A DNA stretch of 64,000 nt, taken from NCBI GenBank assembly GCA_002305115.1, contig DBQF01000003.1, positions 1,338 to 65,337 of the forward strand, read 5' to 3'. Made by a program: the position numbers and the translations under genes. Positions 62,470 to 64,000 of this stretch are shown piece by piece. Source of the stretch: a candidate division WWE3 bacterium UBA1401. GTDB taxonomy: Bacteria; Patescibacteriota; WWE3; UBA101185; UBA10185. The notes under the pieces are model-generated. The model worked only from the letters and a program-made list of their open reading frames with translations, searched no databases and was not told where the DNA came from. Position 1 is the first letter of the stretch; the number at the start of each line of letters is the position of its first letter.

Positions 62470-63179
62470 ACTTGACGCAGCTTATATAGCACAATACCGG
62501 CAGAAACCGCCAAGTTAAGGCTATCTACCGCGGTACTCTGAGGAATAGCCACTTTCTGACCTACAGCCTGGGCATTTCTAGATAATCCGGCACCTTCGTT
62601 GCCAAAAACCAAACTGTAGGGTGCTGAAAATTCAATAGTATCAAACGTTTTGACACTATCAGTAACAAATAGATAAAGAGCATGCTTAAACTGCTTCCTA
62701 TAATCTTCCAGTCTATCAAAATAGCTAAAATTTAATTGAAAAATAGCCCCCATAGAAGCACGTATGGTTTTGGGATTAAAAATATCAACAGCCGGTTTGA
62801 TCACTGCTAAATCTTTAAAGCCAAAAGCAAGCATAGTTCTGCAAATAGTACCCAAATTGCCTGAATCATCAGGGTTAACCAAAGTAACGTGATTTGCAAT
62901 ATCAGAAATATCCGGAAAGTATTTTGAAAATACTCCTACCACATAAGCATTGTCTGCTTGTGCAAGCTTACCAACAGTAGTATCACTATAGATAAAAGGT
63001 ATGTTATGTTGTTCACATAAGGACTTTATTTTTATCACGCCTGTATTAGTTGAAGCTTTATTACTTATAAAAACCATCTGTGTCTGCCCGGGTTTGTGCG
63101 TTAGAAGCTCAAGCGTGGGAAACACACCAATAGTATAAGAATAATCTAAAGCTTTTTTATAAGGTCTGATTTTGGACAT
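62466..63179 (-). CDS. TrmH/SpoU-family RNA 2'-O-methyltransferase
   Basis: SPOUT motifs LVNPDDSGNLGTICR, LVFGNEGAGLS, SLNLAVSAGIVLY. Confidence 0.8.
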   Translation of the reverse strand: MSKIRPYKKALDYSYTIGVFPTLELLTHKPGQTQMVFISNKASTNTGVIKIKSLCEQHNIPFIYSDTTVGKLAQADNAYVVGVFSKYFPDISDIANHVTLVNPDDSGNLGTICRTMLAFGFKDLAVIKPAVDIFNPKTIRASMGAIFQLNFSYFDRLEDYRKQFKHALYLFVTDSVKTFDTIEFSAPYSLVFGNEGAGLSRNAQAVGQKVAIPQSTAVDSLNLAVSAGIVLYKLRQV

Positions 63180-63207
63180 ACTGCGCTATTTTAACACCTA
63201 ACAAACT

Positions 63208-64000
63208 CTAGTAAGGTTTTCTGACAGTCTTGCAAACAAAAACAAAGGCTAGTAGAGAAAACAAAAAACCAATATAAATATATGGGTTTATATATACTAA
63301 TTCAACCCATTCTCCTGGCCTAACCCCTTCTAGCACAAGGTAGCCAAAGGTGTTTTGTGATAACTTGTAATCTGTGTTAGTTGACCACCAAAACGGGGAA
63401 TAGTTTAGGGCAGTAACAAGCTTGTTGTCTACAAAATTATTGGTTCGTGCATCAAAACCAAAACGGGTGGGATGGGTATCAAGCTTTTTTACGGCACTCA
63501 CAGAAGATTCTGCCGTAGTGTAGATACGCAAAACGCCATCCCAACCACCATGAAGATGTAAATCCCTAATATGAGGCGCATACAAACCAACGGCCATATG
63601 CTCAAAATCATCAATAGCAAGGTACTCAACCTTCCCGGCCATAGGTAATTCAAGATCAAAGGGAGAAAGTATATAGCTTGAGTACGTGCAAATATTTTGT
63701 ATTTTCGAAGCATCCAGCTTTTGGTAAGTGTACTGGGCACTTCCAAAGACTTCATCGTACTGCGCAATAGCTTCATTCATGTTACTGCCAAAAAAGTAGG
63801 TATAACCATTTAGAAAATATAAATCTGATAGGCTTGCTGCATAAGGATACAAATAATATCTATAAGGTTCGGATACATATATTAGCCCCTCTGGCATACC
63901 TGCAAGGGCATTGTAGTGTGGAAAACGCTTCACTTCGGCAATGGGCGCTTTTTTGAAATTAAAAGTATAAGTATCACTTCCTAAAGCAGGGTAGCCAATT
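63208..64000 (-). CDS. C-terminal part of a larger protein (extracytoplasmic domain plus terminal TM helix; possibly YfhO-like); 5' end beyond the window
   Basis: The frame remains open from the track's GTG at 63933 to the window edge (…IGYPALGSDTYTFNFKKAPIAEVKRFPHY…). It ends with the TM helix YIYIGFLFSLLAFVFV. Confidence 0.35.
   Translation of the reverse strand, partial: IGYPALGSDTYTFNFKKAPIAEVKRFPHYNALAGMPEGLIYVSEPYRYYLYPYAASLSDLYFLNGYTYFFGSNMNEAIAQYDEVFGSAQYTYQKLDASKIQNICTYSSYILSPFDLELPMAGKVEYLAIDDFEHMAVGLYAPHIRDLHLHGGWDGVLRIYTTAESSVSAVKKLDTHPTRFGFDARTNNFVDNKLVTALNYSPFWWSTNTDYKLSQNTFGYLVLEGVRPGEWVELVYINPYIYIGFLFSLLAFVFVCKTVRKPY

Noticed and set aside
1-64000. Alternative genetic code (UGA as a sense codon, as in some CPR lineages)
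   Set aside because: TGA terminates many genes exactly where homologous proteins end. It also takes part in ATGA/GTGA overlaps (2049, 2408, 3064, 20852, 36223, 40097, 59106). No family-motif ORF is interrupted by an in-frame TGA.

Overview
A gene-dense, low-GC bacterial chromosome segment. Hand counts on typical 60-nt lines give 19-21 G+C. I accept about 80 protein-coding genes or remnants and 2 tRNA genes, Gln-UUG and Val-UAC. I saw no rRNA, CRISPR array, transposase, integrase or reverse transcriptase. The standard code applies: TGA acts as a stop, shown by several ATGA/GTGA start-stop overlaps and by proteins ending where expected.

The content suggests a reduced CPR/Patescibacteria-type genome; this is inference only:
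- six GT-C-type membrane glycosyltransferase-like genes
- DUF5652-like, Gmad2-like and GerMN-like proteins
- many nucleotide sanitation and salvage enzymes
- ddl and murF, but little central metabolism

Recognisable blocks:
- 624-5393: a translationally coupled nucleotide house-cleaning operon
- 13808-15314: a second ITPase/NUDIX cluster
- 19269-21505: a nucleotidyltransferase-like, Pfs-like and HAD trio
- 25435-30087: hisS, ddl and murF
- 33949-38454: a NodB/NodC-like polysaccharide cluster with a GH18 gene
- 39120-41426: a PRTase, dienelactone-hydrolase and CapA operon
- 41743-48929: a two-component system with a Cys-motif protein, DUF1573 and CcdA-like genes, converging on a csoR / small His-Met protein / copB operon that has a clear CsoR operator
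- 49430-50100: a Phd/VapC pair
- 52750-56279: a glucan phosphorylase and a secreted glycosidase
- 56508-60578: a WbpB/D/E-like amino-sugar cluster with a GT-C gene
- 60580-61089: rpsD

Most interesting observations:
1. Two roughly 1.1-kb islands of about 50% GC (23345-24416 and 51061-52244). Each holds one self-contained gene. The two products are distant paralogs of an unassigned TIM-barrel-like protein whose ordered motifs recall xylose-isomerase-like / DUF692 (MbnB-type) enzymes.
2. A tRNA-Val 5'-half pseudo-copy split by GC-rich palindromic insertions. Related hairpin modules lie on the other side of the intact tRNA-Val.
3. A recurrent architecture of -10 box, then 5-7 nt, then start codon, at about 19 genes. 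This implies widespread leaderless mRNAs.
4. A uS4 gene lacking the canonical N-terminal segment.
5. Several decayed genes in the accessory spots.

All family assignments come from reading motifs by eye. No database search was run.
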